Source of the DNA: Aliivibrio fischeri ES114
GTDB taxonomy: Bacteria; Pseudomonadota; Gammaproteobacteria; Enterobacterales; Vibrionaceae
Strand: one strand, 5' to 3'
Assembly: GCF_000011805.1 (NCBI RefSeq)
Contig: NC_006841.2
Length of the DNA: 32,000 nt
A program made the translations under genes and the position numbers. Shown one piece after another: positions 9,425-18,479 of this stretch. The stretch's first letter is position 1. The number at the start of each line of letters is the position of its first letter. The notes under the pieces were generated by a model that saw nothing but the letters and a program-made list of their open reading frames with translations, searched no databases and was not told where the DNA came from.

Positions 9425-10039
9425 CTAGCTATAAAAAACCACTCGCATCGCTAATAAAATCAATACGACACCAGATAACCTGTCTATCCATTTCGCTTTA
9501 CTACGGAGTTTATCCACAATTCTAGAGGCAGATAATAAACAACTAATAATCGTATACCACAGCCCATCAACAACAATAGGTGTGATAACAATAATGGCTT
9601 TATCTAAAGGTTCATTACCTACTGCGACAAATTGACTAAACAAAGCTAAAAAGAACAACGCAATTTTAGGGTTTATAAGTGAGATAAGTAGCCCTTCTTT
9701 TGCTGACTCAACAATCGTAACTTGTTGTCCAGATTCAAGCTTTGCTGCAATTCCGCCAGTGGAACGCAAGGCACCGAGACCTAAATAAGCCAAATAAGCA
9801 GCACCTAAATAGCTGATCCCTTTAAATAGCACGGGTGACTGTTGTAACACTACCACTAAGCCAATCACAGTAATAAAAGCATAAAACCCAATACCAATTG
9901 AATGAGCCCAAGCGGCTGCTATACCATTAATTCGCTTACCTGATAAGGTATGTTTCGCTACTGTCGCTAAACTTGGTCCTGGAGACATTGCTCCCAACAA
10001 TGAAACCAAAAATAATGAAATCCAAATAGTTAATGTCAT
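9425..10039 (-). CDS. LysE/RhtB-family amino-acid exporter
   Basis: 204-aa protein with six TM segments and an N-terminal ...GAMSPGPS... LysE signature. Confidence 0.85.
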   Translation of the reverse strand: MTLTIWISLFLVSLLGAMSPGPSLATVAKHTLSGKRINGIAAAWAHSIGIGFYAFITVIGLVVVLQQSPVLFKGISYLGAAYLAYLGLGALRSTGGIAAKLESGQQVTIVESAKEGLLISLINPKIALFFLALFSQFVAVGNEPLDKAIIVITPIVVDGLWYTIISCLLSASRIVDKLRSKAKWIDRLSGVVLILLAMRVVFYS

Positions 10040-10116
10040 TTCGCCTTTAATTCCTCTTTACAACATTGTCTCATTCACAATAAAATCGCACATTCGGTTA
10101 AATAGACGAGTTTATA

Positions 10117-10641
10117 ATGAAAAGGTTACTACCACTTTTGTTGCTAGGGGCAACTGCATCAGCGCAAGCAACAGACACTTTACACCAAATCTATATTCAG
10201 CCAAGTCTAGCAAACCTAAAAATTGATGGCTCTCATGGTAGCGCTTTAATGACTCAAGTGGGTTATAACTATCATTTCGCACCCATGATTGCGATGGATC
10301 TAAGCTATTACATGACAGCATCAATGAATGATATCGCAATGGATAATGACAAAGCATCGGCTACGGGTGCGACTATTGCAGCAAAAATGTATTTCCCAAT
10401 GTCTTATTATGGCTCTTTCTATGGGAAATTCGGTTTAAATCGTACCAATGTTGAATATCAATATAAAGAAGGTAATCAAACATTAAAACAAGAAGCGGTA
10501 TCAACTAAACCTTATGTTGCAGTAGGCACAGTAATGAAGCTGTTCCCTTCCGTTACCTTCAACGTTGAATACCAATATATGCCATTAGCTTCTGATGATT
10601 ACATCTCATCTATTGGTGCTGGTGTGAACTTTATGTTCTAG
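10117..10641 (+). CDS. small outer-membrane beta-barrel protein
   Basis: Signal peptide MKRLLPLLLLGATASAQA, alternating aromatic beta-strand pattern, terminal ...GAGVNFMF ending in Phe. Confidence 0.7.
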   Translation: MKRLLPLLLLGATASAQATDTLHQIYIQPSLANLKIDGSHGSALMTQVGYNYHFAPMIAMDLSYYMTASMNDIAMDNDKASATGATIAAKMYFPMSYYGSFYGKFGLNRTNVEYQYKEGNQTLKQEAVSTKPYVAVGTVMKLFPSVTFNVEYQYMPLASDDYISSIGAGVNFMF

Positions 10642-10654
10642 CTTTTAAAAAGCA

Positions 10655-10697
10655 TAAAAAAGGGCGCTTCCAATCACCTTGGAAGCGCCCTTTTTAT
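10655..10697. terminator. Bidirectional terminator between the OMP gene and fruA
   Basis: 13-bp GC-rich stem agggcgcttccaa (10661-10673) / ttggaagcgccct (10679-10691), with an A-run before and a T-run after. Confidence 0.85.
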
Positions 10698-10716
10698 ATC
10701 AATATAGCTTCATTTA

Positions 10717-12450
10717 TTAAGCTGCTGCAGCTTCTTTCGCATCCGCTTTATTTTTCAAGAAAGCGTAAGTGAAGCCTGTTACTGCTGTACCCGCTGCAAT
10801 GGCTACCAAATACATAAATACTGGCGTGATTGCGTTTGGAATAAGTAGAACAAATAGACCACCGTGTGGAGCAAGTAGTTGAGCGCCAAACAACATAGAC
10901 AGACCACCAGTTAATGCACCACCCGCCATACAGCTTGGGATAACGCGCATTGGATCTTTCGCTGCAAATGGAATCGCACCTTCAGAGATAAAGCATAAAC
11001 CAAGCACAAATGATGCTTTACCTGCTTCACGCTCACCCGCTTCAAACTTATTCTTAGCAAGGAATGTCGCTAAACCCATACCTAGTGCAGGAACCATACC
11101 TGCTGCCATGATAGCCGCCATTGGACCGTATGTTTGTGAAGCTAGAAGACCTACACCAAATGTATATGCAGCTTTGTTTACTGGACCACCTAAGTCGAAA
11201 CACATCATACAACCAAGAATCACACCCAGCAATACAGCGTTAGTTGATCCCATGTTGTTTAGGAATTCTGTTAACGCTGACATGATGCCAGATACAGGAC
11301 CACCAACGATGTAAATCATCACCAGACCAGTAAATAAACTCGCCACAAATGGAATGATTAAGATTGGTTTTAGCGCTTCCATTGATTGAGGAAGAGATAC
11401 TTTATCCGCAATGAATTTAGCAGAGTAACCCGCAATGAAACCAGCAGCAATACCACCAAGGAAACCGGCACCTGTTGAGCTAGCCAACATACCGCCGATT
11501 AGACCCGGAGCTAAACCAGGACGGTCTGCAATCGAGAACGCGATAAAACCAGCAAGAACAGGGATCATTAACGCAAATGCAGCGCCACCACCAATATCCA
11601 TTAAGGTTGCAGCAATAGTACCAGGCTCTTTAAACGCTTCAATACCAAATACAAAAGATAATGCAATCAACAAACCACCCGCGATAACAACAGGAAGCAT
11701 GTGTGATACCCCTGTCATTAGGTGTTTGTACATGCCTTTTTTCTCTTCAGTTTGAGAAGATTGTGTATTACCAGACGCTTGGAAAACCGTCGCATCAGCG
11801 AAGGCTTTATTCATCTCTTGTTCTGTTTTCTTTAATGCTAAACCAGTGCTTGTTTTATATAGACGTTTACCATTAAAACGCTCAAGAGGAACTTCAATAT
11901 CAGCTGCGATAATCACCAGATCCGCCTCTGCGATTTCTTGATCCGTTAATTGGTTTTTCGCCCCCACAGAACCACGAGTTTCTACTTTAATAATGTGACC
12001 TTGGCGTTTACCTTCTTCTTCTAACGCTTCAGCAGCCATGAAGGTATGTGCAACACCCGTTGGACACGCTGTGATCGCTACAATTTTTTTAGCGCCCGTA
12101 TCGTCAGCAACCACTATTGATGTCACTTCAGAAGCGGTTAATTCTTTTGCGCTGTTCGCTGCGTTTTCTAACCACGCTTGCGTATCTGTCGTACATTCCG
12201 AAATAGTGCCTGTATATACTTTTTTACCCACAAAACGAGCGGTATCTACTTCTGTATTTGCAGCGATGATAATAGCATCTGCACCATCAATCACTTCTTG
12301 GCTTAATACATCAACAGGTAACACGCTTGATTGGCATTCAATCGACGCAGTCCAATTTAATTTTTTTGCAGCTTGTTCTAATAAACCCGCTGCAATAATG
12401 CTGTTTGCTACACCACTTGGGCATGCTGTTACGATAGCTATGTTTTTCAT
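10717..12450 (-). CDS. fruA: PTS fructose-specific EIIB'BC component
   Basis: Two IIB-like repeats (IVTACPSGVANS; AITACPTGVAHT) followed by a polytopic IIC domain. Sits in fruB-fruK-fruA order. Confidence 0.93.
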   Translation of the reverse strand: MKNIAIVTACPSGVANSIIAAGLLEQAAKKLNWTASIECQSSVLPVDVLSQEVIDGADAIIIAANTEVDTARFVGKKVYTGTISECTTDTQAWLENAANSAKELTASEVTSIVVADDTGAKKIVAITACPTGVAHTFMAAEALEEEGKRQGHIIKVETRGSVGAKNQLTDQEIAEADLVIIAADIEVPLERFNGKRLYKTSTGLALKKTEQEMNKAFADATVFQASGNTQSSQTEEKKGMYKHLMTGVSHMLPVVIAGGLLIALSFVFGIEAFKEPGTIAATLMDIGGGAAFALMIPVLAGFIAFSIADRPGLAPGLIGGMLASSTGAGFLGGIAAGFIAGYSAKFIADKVSLPQSMEALKPILIIPFVASLFTGLVMIYIVGGPVSGIMSALTEFLNNMGSTNAVLLGVILGCMMCFDLGGPVNKAAYTFGVGLLASQTYGPMAAIMAAGMVPALGMGLATFLAKNKFEAGEREAGKASFVLGLCFISEGAIPFAAKDPMRVIPSCMAGGALTGGLSMLFGAQLLAPHGGLFVLLIPNAITPVFMYLVAIAAGTAVTGFTYAFLKNKADAKEAAAA

Positions 12451-12480
12451 ATTCTGTCCTTAATCTATCACTAAGCTTTA

Positions 12481-13461
12481 TTACACGTTGCTAGAAATAG
12501 GGTTGTGTAGGGTTACTTGTTGTTGTAATTCTTGTACGTTTTTAATATCTGGAACACCAACGCCGACCTGCGATACAGCTAAAGCAGAAAGAGCGGTAGC
12601 AAAAGATAAGATTTGTGAACGATCCCAATCTTGCTGCATGTGGCCCCAGCAAAGACCAGCAACTAACGTATCACCTGCACCAACCGTGCTGACTACGTTC
12701 ATTTTAGGTGGTTGAGAATACATCCATTCAGCTTGCTCTTGATTATTTTGACCAAGCCACATCACCCCTTTTGAACCTAAAGATACGACGATATTTTCAA
12801 TGCCTTTTTCAGCAAGATCTTCAGCCGCTTGTTGACATGATTCTGGTGTATTTAATTCACGGCCTACAAATTCCGACAGCTCTTCATCATTTGGTTTAAT
12901 TAACCAAGGGTGAGCATCTAAACCTGCAGCTAGTGCAGCACGACTACTATCAAATAACACTTTCTTGCCCATTTGATGCAGTTTTTCAATCCACTCTGCG
13001 CACTGCTCTGGAGAAATACCTTTTGGTAAGCTACCCGCTAAAACAAAGAAGTCATGATCTTTTGCTAATTCAAATAGGCGAACTTCAAACTCAGCAATCG
13101 CCTGTTGTGATACCTCAACACCCGGGAAGTTAATGTCACTTACTCGCCCATCTGATTCAACTAACTTCACATTGATGCGAGTTGCACCATCAACACGAAT
13201 AAATTCATCTTTAGCCTTCATCTCTTCAAATAATTGACAGAAAAGCTCTTCATTATCACGGCCTAAAAACCCTGTAACCGTTACCTCTGCACCTAAGTCA
13301 GACAACACTTTTGCCACATTAACGCCTTTACCTGCGGCATGAAGTGAGCCTTTACTTATTAAACTCACAGAACCAACTGATAACGCATCTAAACTACCGG
13401 TTAAATCTAAAGCAGGGTTCAGGGTGATAGTTACGACTTTGCTTTTTAAATGAGTACTCAT
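12481..13461 (-). CDS. fruK: 1-phosphofructokinase
   Basis: PfkB family (TITLNPALD, GKGVNVA, C-terminal TVGAGDTLVAG). I prefer the ATG at 13461 over the TTG at 13464 used in the ORF track. Confidence 0.93.
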   Translation of the reverse strand: MSTHLKSKVVTITLNPALDLTGSLDALSVGSVSLISKGSLHAAGKGVNVAKVLSDLGAEVTVTGFLGRDNEELFCQLFEEMKAKDEFIRVDGATRINVKLVESDGRVSDINFPGVEVSQQAIAEFEVRLFELAKDHDFFVLAGSLPKGISPEQCAEWIEKLHQMGKKVLFDSSRAALAAGLDAHPWLIKPNDEELSEFVGRELNTPESCQQAAEDLAEKGIENIVVSLGSKGVMWLGQNNQEQAEWMYSQPPKMNVVSTVGAGDTLVAGLCWGHMQQDWDRSQILSFATALSALAVSQVGVGVPDIKNVQELQQQVTLHNPISSNV

Positions 13462-13464
13462 CAA

Positions 13465-14601
13465 TTAACCCTCGCCTAAACCAGAAGCAATCGCAGCACC
13501 AATACCAGCAAGCGCTTCTTTTGCATCAGCACCATCTGCGGTAAATTGCAGTTCATGGCCGTGTTTAACACCAAGAGCGATCACTTTCATTAAACTTTTC
13601 GCATTCACTGCGTTACCATCACCATTTACGTTTAATACGGTGATTTTTGATTCGTATTTTTTCGCTTCAGCAACAAGCATTGCACCCGGGCGAGCGTGTA
13701 AACCGTGCGCATTTTTAATTTTAAAGATTGCAGTGTTATCCGCATCAGCATTTACTGTTGTTTCTTCAGTAGAAGTAGAGAACATGGCAAGTAACTGTTC
13801 AGAAGTTGCAGATAGAATCGACTCTTGTTGTTGCTCAGTAATCGCCTTAGTGATCGTCGTTAAAAACGCTTGATGAGAAGCATTACAAGAAGCAATCGCA
13901 ATCAGACCTTTCACTGGTAATTCATTAAACTCACAACCATTTGCCGTGGTAACAATAGACATGCCTGAGCGTTTTACGCCTTTGTCCGTACTTACTAACC
14001 ATAAGCCTTTGCCTAAATGAGTCGGTTCTTTAGTTACCAGTTCAGCAACAAATGCGCTCTCTGCGTTACCGCTATTTTTTAATAAACCGCCAGCAACCGC
14101 ACTCATTTGGATCATGTCACTTGCAGGGAAAAGTAATTGAATAAGTGACGCATCAAAATCCGCTTCAAACTGAACTTCGCCATTTAATAATGCAATAATG
14201 TCAGCTTCGGTTTGTGCTTGTTTTAGCTTCTCTTCTACACCATCGGCTGACAACACTTTCGTTAATTGCTTAAGAATACCTAAGTGCTCATCTGATTTAG
14301 CCGCAATACCGATCGCCACATAAACCACATTATCATCACCCCAATTTACGCCTTGTGGAAAATGATGAATCGCGACCCCCGTCTGATTAACCAGTTCACG
14401 GGTATCAACCGTGCCATGTGGAATCGCAATGCCGTTACCTAAAAACGTTGAGTTTTGTTGCTCACGATTAAGCATTCCATCTACATAATTTTCTGCAACT
14501 AATCCTTTGGTTGCTAACTGTTTTGCAATTGCTTTTATTGCTGTTGTCTTATCCGCTGCTGACTGCTGCAGCGTAATGTCATTCTTTGTTAATGTCAGCA
14601 T
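13465..14601 (-). CDS. fruB: Fused PTS fructose-specific EIIA / FPr (HPr-like) protein
   Basis: EIIA-Fru domain (GNGIAIPHG), a central linker, and a C-terminal HPr-like domain (NAHGLHARPGA). The ATG at 14601 with GAGAGG RBS is favoured over the GTG at 14631. Confidence 0.9.
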   Translation of the reverse strand: MLTLTKNDITLQQSAADKTTAIKAIAKQLATKGLVAENYVDGMLNREQQNSTFLGNGIAIPHGTVDTRELVNQTGVAIHHFPQGVNWGDDNVVYVAIGIAAKSDEHLGILKQLTKVLSADGVEEKLKQAQTEADIIALLNGEVQFEADFDASLIQLLFPASDMIQMSAVAGGLLKNSGNAESAFVAELVTKEPTHLGKGLWLVSTDKGVKRSGMSIVTTANGCEFNELPVKGLIAIASCNASHQAFLTTITKAITEQQQESILSATSEQLLAMFSTSTEETTVNADADNTAIFKIKNAHGLHARPGAMLVAEAKKYESKITVLNVNGDGNAVNAKSLMKVIALGVKHGHELQFTADGADAKEALAGIGAAIASGLGEG

Positions 14602-14667
14602 GGGTCTTAGCCTCTCGCTATCTATGTTCACTGATAATCAATCGTATTTATTGCCTTGCAAAACAAA

Positions 14668-14682
14668 CTGAATCGATTCAGC
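14668..14682. promoter_or_regulatory. Cra/FruR operator (perfect palindrome CTGAATCGATTCAG)
   Basis: ctgaatcgattcagc lies about 65 nt upstream of the fruB ATG and matches the Cra half-site consensus TGAA(A/T)C. Confidence 0.8.
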
Positions 14683-14775
14683 AAAGCACTCAAAAAAAGT
14701 TCAACAAATTTATTTCTACGCATTAAATTCGCATTTATGAGTAAAAATAGCGCAAATATCACGCTTTTCAAATTT

Positions 14776-14791
14776 GCTGAATCCTTTCAGC
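14776..14791. promoter_or_regulatory. Cra/FruR operator (GCTGAA-tcct-TTCAGC)
   Basis: gctgaatcctttcagc has perfect outer arms and a variant centre. Confidence 0.7.
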
Positions 14792-14798
14792 TTTTATA

Positions 14799-14813
14799 CT
14801 GAATCGATTCAGC
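14799..14813. promoter_or_regulatory. Cra/FruR operator abutting a TATAAT box for fruR
   Basis: ctgaatcgattcagc is followed directly by g-tataat (14815-14820), about 65 nt upstream of the fruR ATG. Confidence 0.75.
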
Positions 14814-14886
14814 GTATAATTCAACACCTAAGCTGATTGGATCTATATTTCTATGATCCGAACCACAAAATTGAGGATCCTTACCC

Positions 14887-15864
14887 ATGACATTAGATGA
14901 AATAGCCAAACTTGCTGGCGTCTCCAAAACCACTGCAAGCTATGTCATCAATGGTAAAGCGCAGAAATATCGCATCAGCGAAAAGACACAATTAAAAGTC
15001 ATGGCAGTGGTTGATGAGCACAATTACCGCCCTGATCATGCCGCATCTGCATTGCGTGCAGGCAGTAGCCGTTCGTTTGGATTAATCATTCCTGATCTTG
15101 AAAACACCAGTTACGCCAAACTTGCTAAACTTTTAGAATTCAATTCAAGAAAAGCCGGTTATCAAATTTTAATTGGATGCTCTGATGATGATCCAGAAAC
15201 AGAAATGAATGTCGCCCACGCACTTATTAGCCGTCGTATTGATGCACTATTCGTTGCAAGTTGCTTACCTAATGGCAGTGATTACTACTTAGGTATTCAA
15301 GAAAAAGGCACACCAATTATTGCCATTGACCGTTCATTAGATGACGAGCATTTTGGTTGTGTGATCAGTGAAGATTTTGATGCGGCTTACGAGTTAACTA
15401 AATCGGTAGTTAATGAGAATGTAAAATCAATTGGCTTAATTGGTGCGTTACCAGAGCTGAATATTTCTCGTGAACGTCAATTAGGATTTGAAGCAAAGGC
15501 CAAAGAGAAAGGTTTAGCTAGCATCATGGGGTATGGCGAACACTTTAATAGTGAATCAGGCAAAGCAATTTTTGAACAATGGATAAAAAATGACACCATT
15601 CCCGATGCGATTATCACAACCTCTTATATTTTGCTTGAAGGGATTTTAGATGTACTCATTGAAAAGCCTGAGTTAATGACCAGAATAAAATTAGGCACCT
15701 TTGGTGATAACCGTCTATTGGATTTCTTACCCATTAAAGTTAACTCTCTACCGCAACAATTTGAGTTAATCGCAGACAGTGCCTTAGCATTGGGGTTGAA
15801 TGCCTCAGCAAAACGTTATCAAGCAGGAATAGAGTTAATTCCTAGGAAGATTGTTATTCGCTAG
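14887..15864 (+). CDS. fruR: Catabolite repressor/activator Cra (FruR), LacI family
   Basis: N-terminal HTH MTLDEIAKLAGVSKTTASYVINGKA..YRISEKT plus a periplasmic-binding-fold domain. Divergent from fruBKA. Confidence 0.92.
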   Translation: MTLDEIAKLAGVSKTTASYVINGKAQKYRISEKTQLKVMAVVDEHNYRPDHAASALRAGSSRSFGLIIPDLENTSYAKLAKLLEFNSRKAGYQILIGCSDDDPETEMNVAHALISRRIDALFVASCLPNGSDYYLGIQEKGTPIIAIDRSLDDEHFGCVISEDFDAAYELTKSVVNENVKSIGLIGALPELNISRERQLGFEAKAKEKGLASIMGYGEHFNSESGKAIFEQWIKNDTIPDAIITTSYILLEGILDVLIEKPELMTRIKLGTFGDNRLLDFLPIKVNSLPQQFELIADSALALGLNASAKRYQAGIELIPRKIVIR

Positions 15865-15908
15865 TCGAAAAATTGGCTGTTGCGGCAGTCAATGTATATT
15901 CTAATTCT

Positions 15909-16547
15909 TTACCAAATACCAACGGGTACACCGTGCTCATCAATATAAGCTTGCGCTTCTTCGCTTAACTCTGGATAAACAAAATCATCAGCAACTTTAT
16001 ACTCTGCGGCTTGTACTTTGAATTGAAGTTCATTATCAAAACATCGATTATTTAAAAAAACAGAAATCATTCCATCAGGAGCTAAACCTAATAAAATATT
16101 ATTCTTATACGGTCTAAGTTTGTTACTTTTACCACACCGTATATCATGATATTCTCGCATTTTATTTCGCATATCGTCGGAAATCCTAATTGCTTTATCG
16201 TAAGTGACGTTGTTCGCCAATGAATGCCAACGAATATAAACTAATCCTGGTAACTCAGAACTTTGAATAACATAACCTGAATGATATCTTTCTCTTCCCT
16301 CCCAAGAGTTTGGATTCTTAGAAAACTTAGTATACTTTGTAACCATCCCTCTCCAGCCCCCTTGTTTTGTTTCACTTGTTATCAATAATATATCAATGTA
16401 TGCGGAGTAATATTTAGGGGCGACCGTAGATACTGTCCATTCATTTAACTGTTTCGATTTAATTTGGCTATTTGTTGAACAAGCAGAAACGAATAAACAA
16501 AAAATAATGAAAAAAGACTTATGAATGTTGCTCACAATACTCACCAA
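15909..16547 (-). CDS. Putative T6SS immunity lipoprotein, copy 4 (intact, most divergent)
   Basis: Lipobox FVSAC. Shares the RWHSLAN..TYDKAIRISDD.R.KMREYHDIRCG core with copy 1. No ATG is available; the start is TTG 16547, GTG 16544 or GTG 16535. Confidence 0.7.
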   Translation of the reverse strand: MVSIVSNIHKSFFIIFCLFVSACSTNSQIKSKQLNEWTVSTVAPKYYSAYIDILLITSETKQGGWRGMVTKYTKFSKNPNSWEGRERYHSGYVIQSSELPGLVYIRWHSLANNVTYDKAIRISDDMRNKMREYHDIRCGKSNKLRPYKNNILLGLAPDGMISVFLNNRCFDNELQFKVQAAEYKVADDFVYPELSEEAQAYIDEHGVPVGIW

Positions 16548-17216
16548 ATACCAACGGGCACACCATGCTCATCAACATAAGATTGTGCTTCTTCGCTTAA
16601 CTCTGGGTAAACAAAATCATCAGCGACTTTATACTCTACTGCTTGTACTTTGAATTGAAGCTCATTATCAAAGCATCCACCATTAAGAAATACAGATATC
16701 ATTCCATCAGGAGCTAAACCTAATAAAATATTATCTTTATATGGGAGTAATAAATCATAATAGCCACAGCGTATATCGTGGTATTCACGCATTTTATTTC
16801 GTATATCTTCTGATACTTTAATCGTTTTATTATATGTTTTCTTGTTCGCTAATGAATGCCAACGAATATAAAAAGAAGCAGGTAATTCGTCACTATTAAT
16901 TGAATACCCTGAATGAAACCGCTCACCACCATCCCAACCTAGAAGGGCTTTCAGATTCCATATGTTGTGTGTTTTCCCTATCATTCCCCTTCATCCAACC
17001 TTTTTCTCCTCTCCACAATCCATAGCTATCCCAATTTAAGAATATATCCCCTACTTGACCTGGTGTGTAACTATTTCAGGGAGGAAGAATAGTCGCACAA
17101 TCGGTCCACTACATCTTAATTGTTTGAGATTTTAACTTTGAGGTTCCAGTTGAACCAGATGGAAACTAATTAAACCAAAAATAATGAGTAGAAATGTCTT
17201 ATGAATGTTGCTCACC
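16541..17216 (-). pseudogene. Immunity lipoprotein paralogue, copy 3 (5' half disrupted by many small insertions)
   Basis: The 3' ORF at 16541-16984 is intact and lacks a signal peptide. Upstream homology to copy 2 continues but out of frame: 259 nt here (16938-17196) against 214 nt in copy 2 (17627-17840). The leader VSNIHKTFLLIIF runs into stop codons. Confidence 0.75.
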
Positions 17217-17220
17217 ATTT

Positions 17221-17868
17221 TCACCAAATACCGACGGGCACACCATGCTCATCAACATAAGATTGTGCTTCTTCGCTTAACTCTGGGTAAACATAATCAT
17301 CAGCGACTTTATACTCTACTGCTTGTACTTTGAATTGAAGCTCATTATCAAAGCATCCACCATTAAGAAATACAGATATCATTCCATCAGGAGCTAAACC
17401 TAATAAAATATTCATCTTTATCATGGGCAGTAATAAATCCATAATAGCCACAGCGTATATCGTGGTCATTCACGCATTTTATTTCGTATATCTTCTGATA
17501 CTTTAATCGTTTTATTCATATGTTTTCTTGTTCGCTAATGGAATGCCAACGCAATATAAAAAGAAGCCAGGTAATTCGTCACTATTAATTGAATACCCTG
17601 AATGAAACCGCTCACCACCATCCCAACCTAGAGGGCTTTCAGATTCCATTGTGGTTTTTCCTATCATCCCCCTCCATCCACCTTGTTTCTTCTCTCCAAC
17701 AATCAATAAGATATCCCCTCTTACTGTGTAATATTTAGGAGAGATAGTCGAAATCGTCCACTCATCTAATTGTTGAGATTTAACTTGAGGTTCAGTTGAA
17801 CAAGAGGAAACTAATAAACAAAAAATAATGAGTAGAAATGTTTTAGCATTAATCATGATTATTACCAA
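17221..17868 (-). pseudogene. Immunity lipoprotein paralogue, copy 2 (nine +1 insertions)
   Basis: Fragments 17512-17868 (signal peptide, lipobox LVSSC, likely ATG at 17856) and 17221-17469 are in the same frame. Between them are nine single-base insertions relative to copy 3. Confidence 0.8.
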
Positions 17869-18479
17869 ATGCCTGTAGGCACGCCATGTTCATCAACATA
17901 AGCTTGTGCTTCTTCGCTTAACTCTGGGTAAACAAAATCATCAGCAACTTTATACTCTACGGCTTGTACTTTGAATTGAAGCTCATTATCAAAGCATCCA
18001 CCATTAAGAAATACAGATATCATTCCATCAGGAGCTAAACCTAATAAAATATTATCTTTATATGGGAGTAATAAATCATAATAGCCACAACGTATATCGT
18101 GATATTCACGCATTTTACGTCGAATATCATCAGAAATCCTAATTGCCTTATCATAAGTAACTTTATTCGCCAGTGAATGCCAACGAATATAGAGTAATCC
18201 TGGTAACTCGGAATCCTCTATAGTATATCCAGAGTGATAACGTTCAGCTCCACTCCAATTTAAAGGACCCAAGGATTCTGTAGTATAATTACTAACTAAA
18301 CCAGTCCATCCTCCACTTTTATTCTCTCCCGTAATAAGTAGGATATCCACAACTGCTGTATAATTTTTAGGTGATATAGTTGAAACAGTCCACTCATCTA
18401 ATTCTTGAGGTTCAGCTTGATATTCAGTGGAACAAGAGGAAACTAATAAACAAAAAATAACTAAAAGATATTTATTCAA
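17862..18479 (-). CDS. Putative cognate T6SS immunity lipoprotein, copy 1 (intact)
   Basis: MNKYLLVIFCLLVSSC has a lipobox. The TTG start overlaps the effector stop (TTGA at 18476-18479), with AGAAAGGA RBS about 8 nt upstream. Located immediately 3' of the lipase gene. Confidence 0.8.
   Translation of the reverse strand: MNKYLLVIFCLLVSSCSTEYQAEPQELDEWTVSTISPKNYTAVVDILLITGENKSGGWTGLVSNYTTESLGPLNWSGAERYHSGYTIEDSELPGLLYIRWHSLANKVTYDKAIRISDDIRRKMREYHDIRCGYYDLLLPYKDNILLGLAPDGMISVFLNGGCFDNELQFKVQAVEYKVADDFVYPELSEEAQAYVDEHGVPTGIW

Larger units (their letters stand above)
15909..18479 (-). repeat. Tandem array of four paralogous lipoprotein genes (unit length about 630-680 bp)
   Basis: Stop codons at 17862, 17221, 16541 and 15909. 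All copies end ...ELQFKVQA.EYKVADD.VYPELSEEAQ.Y.DEHGVP.GIW. The 3' portions (about 230-250 nt) of copies 1-3 are nearly identical. Confidence 0.95.

Noticed and set aside
10112-10357. 81-aa minus-strand ORF opposite the OMP gene
   Set aside because: The plus-strand frame has a clear signal peptide, beta-barrel pattern and C-terminal Phe. The antisense ORF has no supporting features.
11108-12463. Plus-strand ORFs (68, 106, 141 aa) antisense to fruA, and similar antisense ORFs within yjiH, the M20 gene, fruK, fruB, vgrG, the DUF4123 gene, trmK, the PEBP gene and the MFS gene
   Set aside because: All are embedded opposite well-supported genes. They have Pro/Ala/Ser-rich or otherwise odd composition typical of antisense frames, and no start context.
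17871-17890. Lux-box-like sequence GCCTGTAGGCACGCCATGTT
   Set aside because: Only the left half resembles ACCTGTAGGATCGTACAGGT (about 12 of 20 matches) and the right arm is not symmetric. It lies inside the coding 3' end of immunity copy 1.
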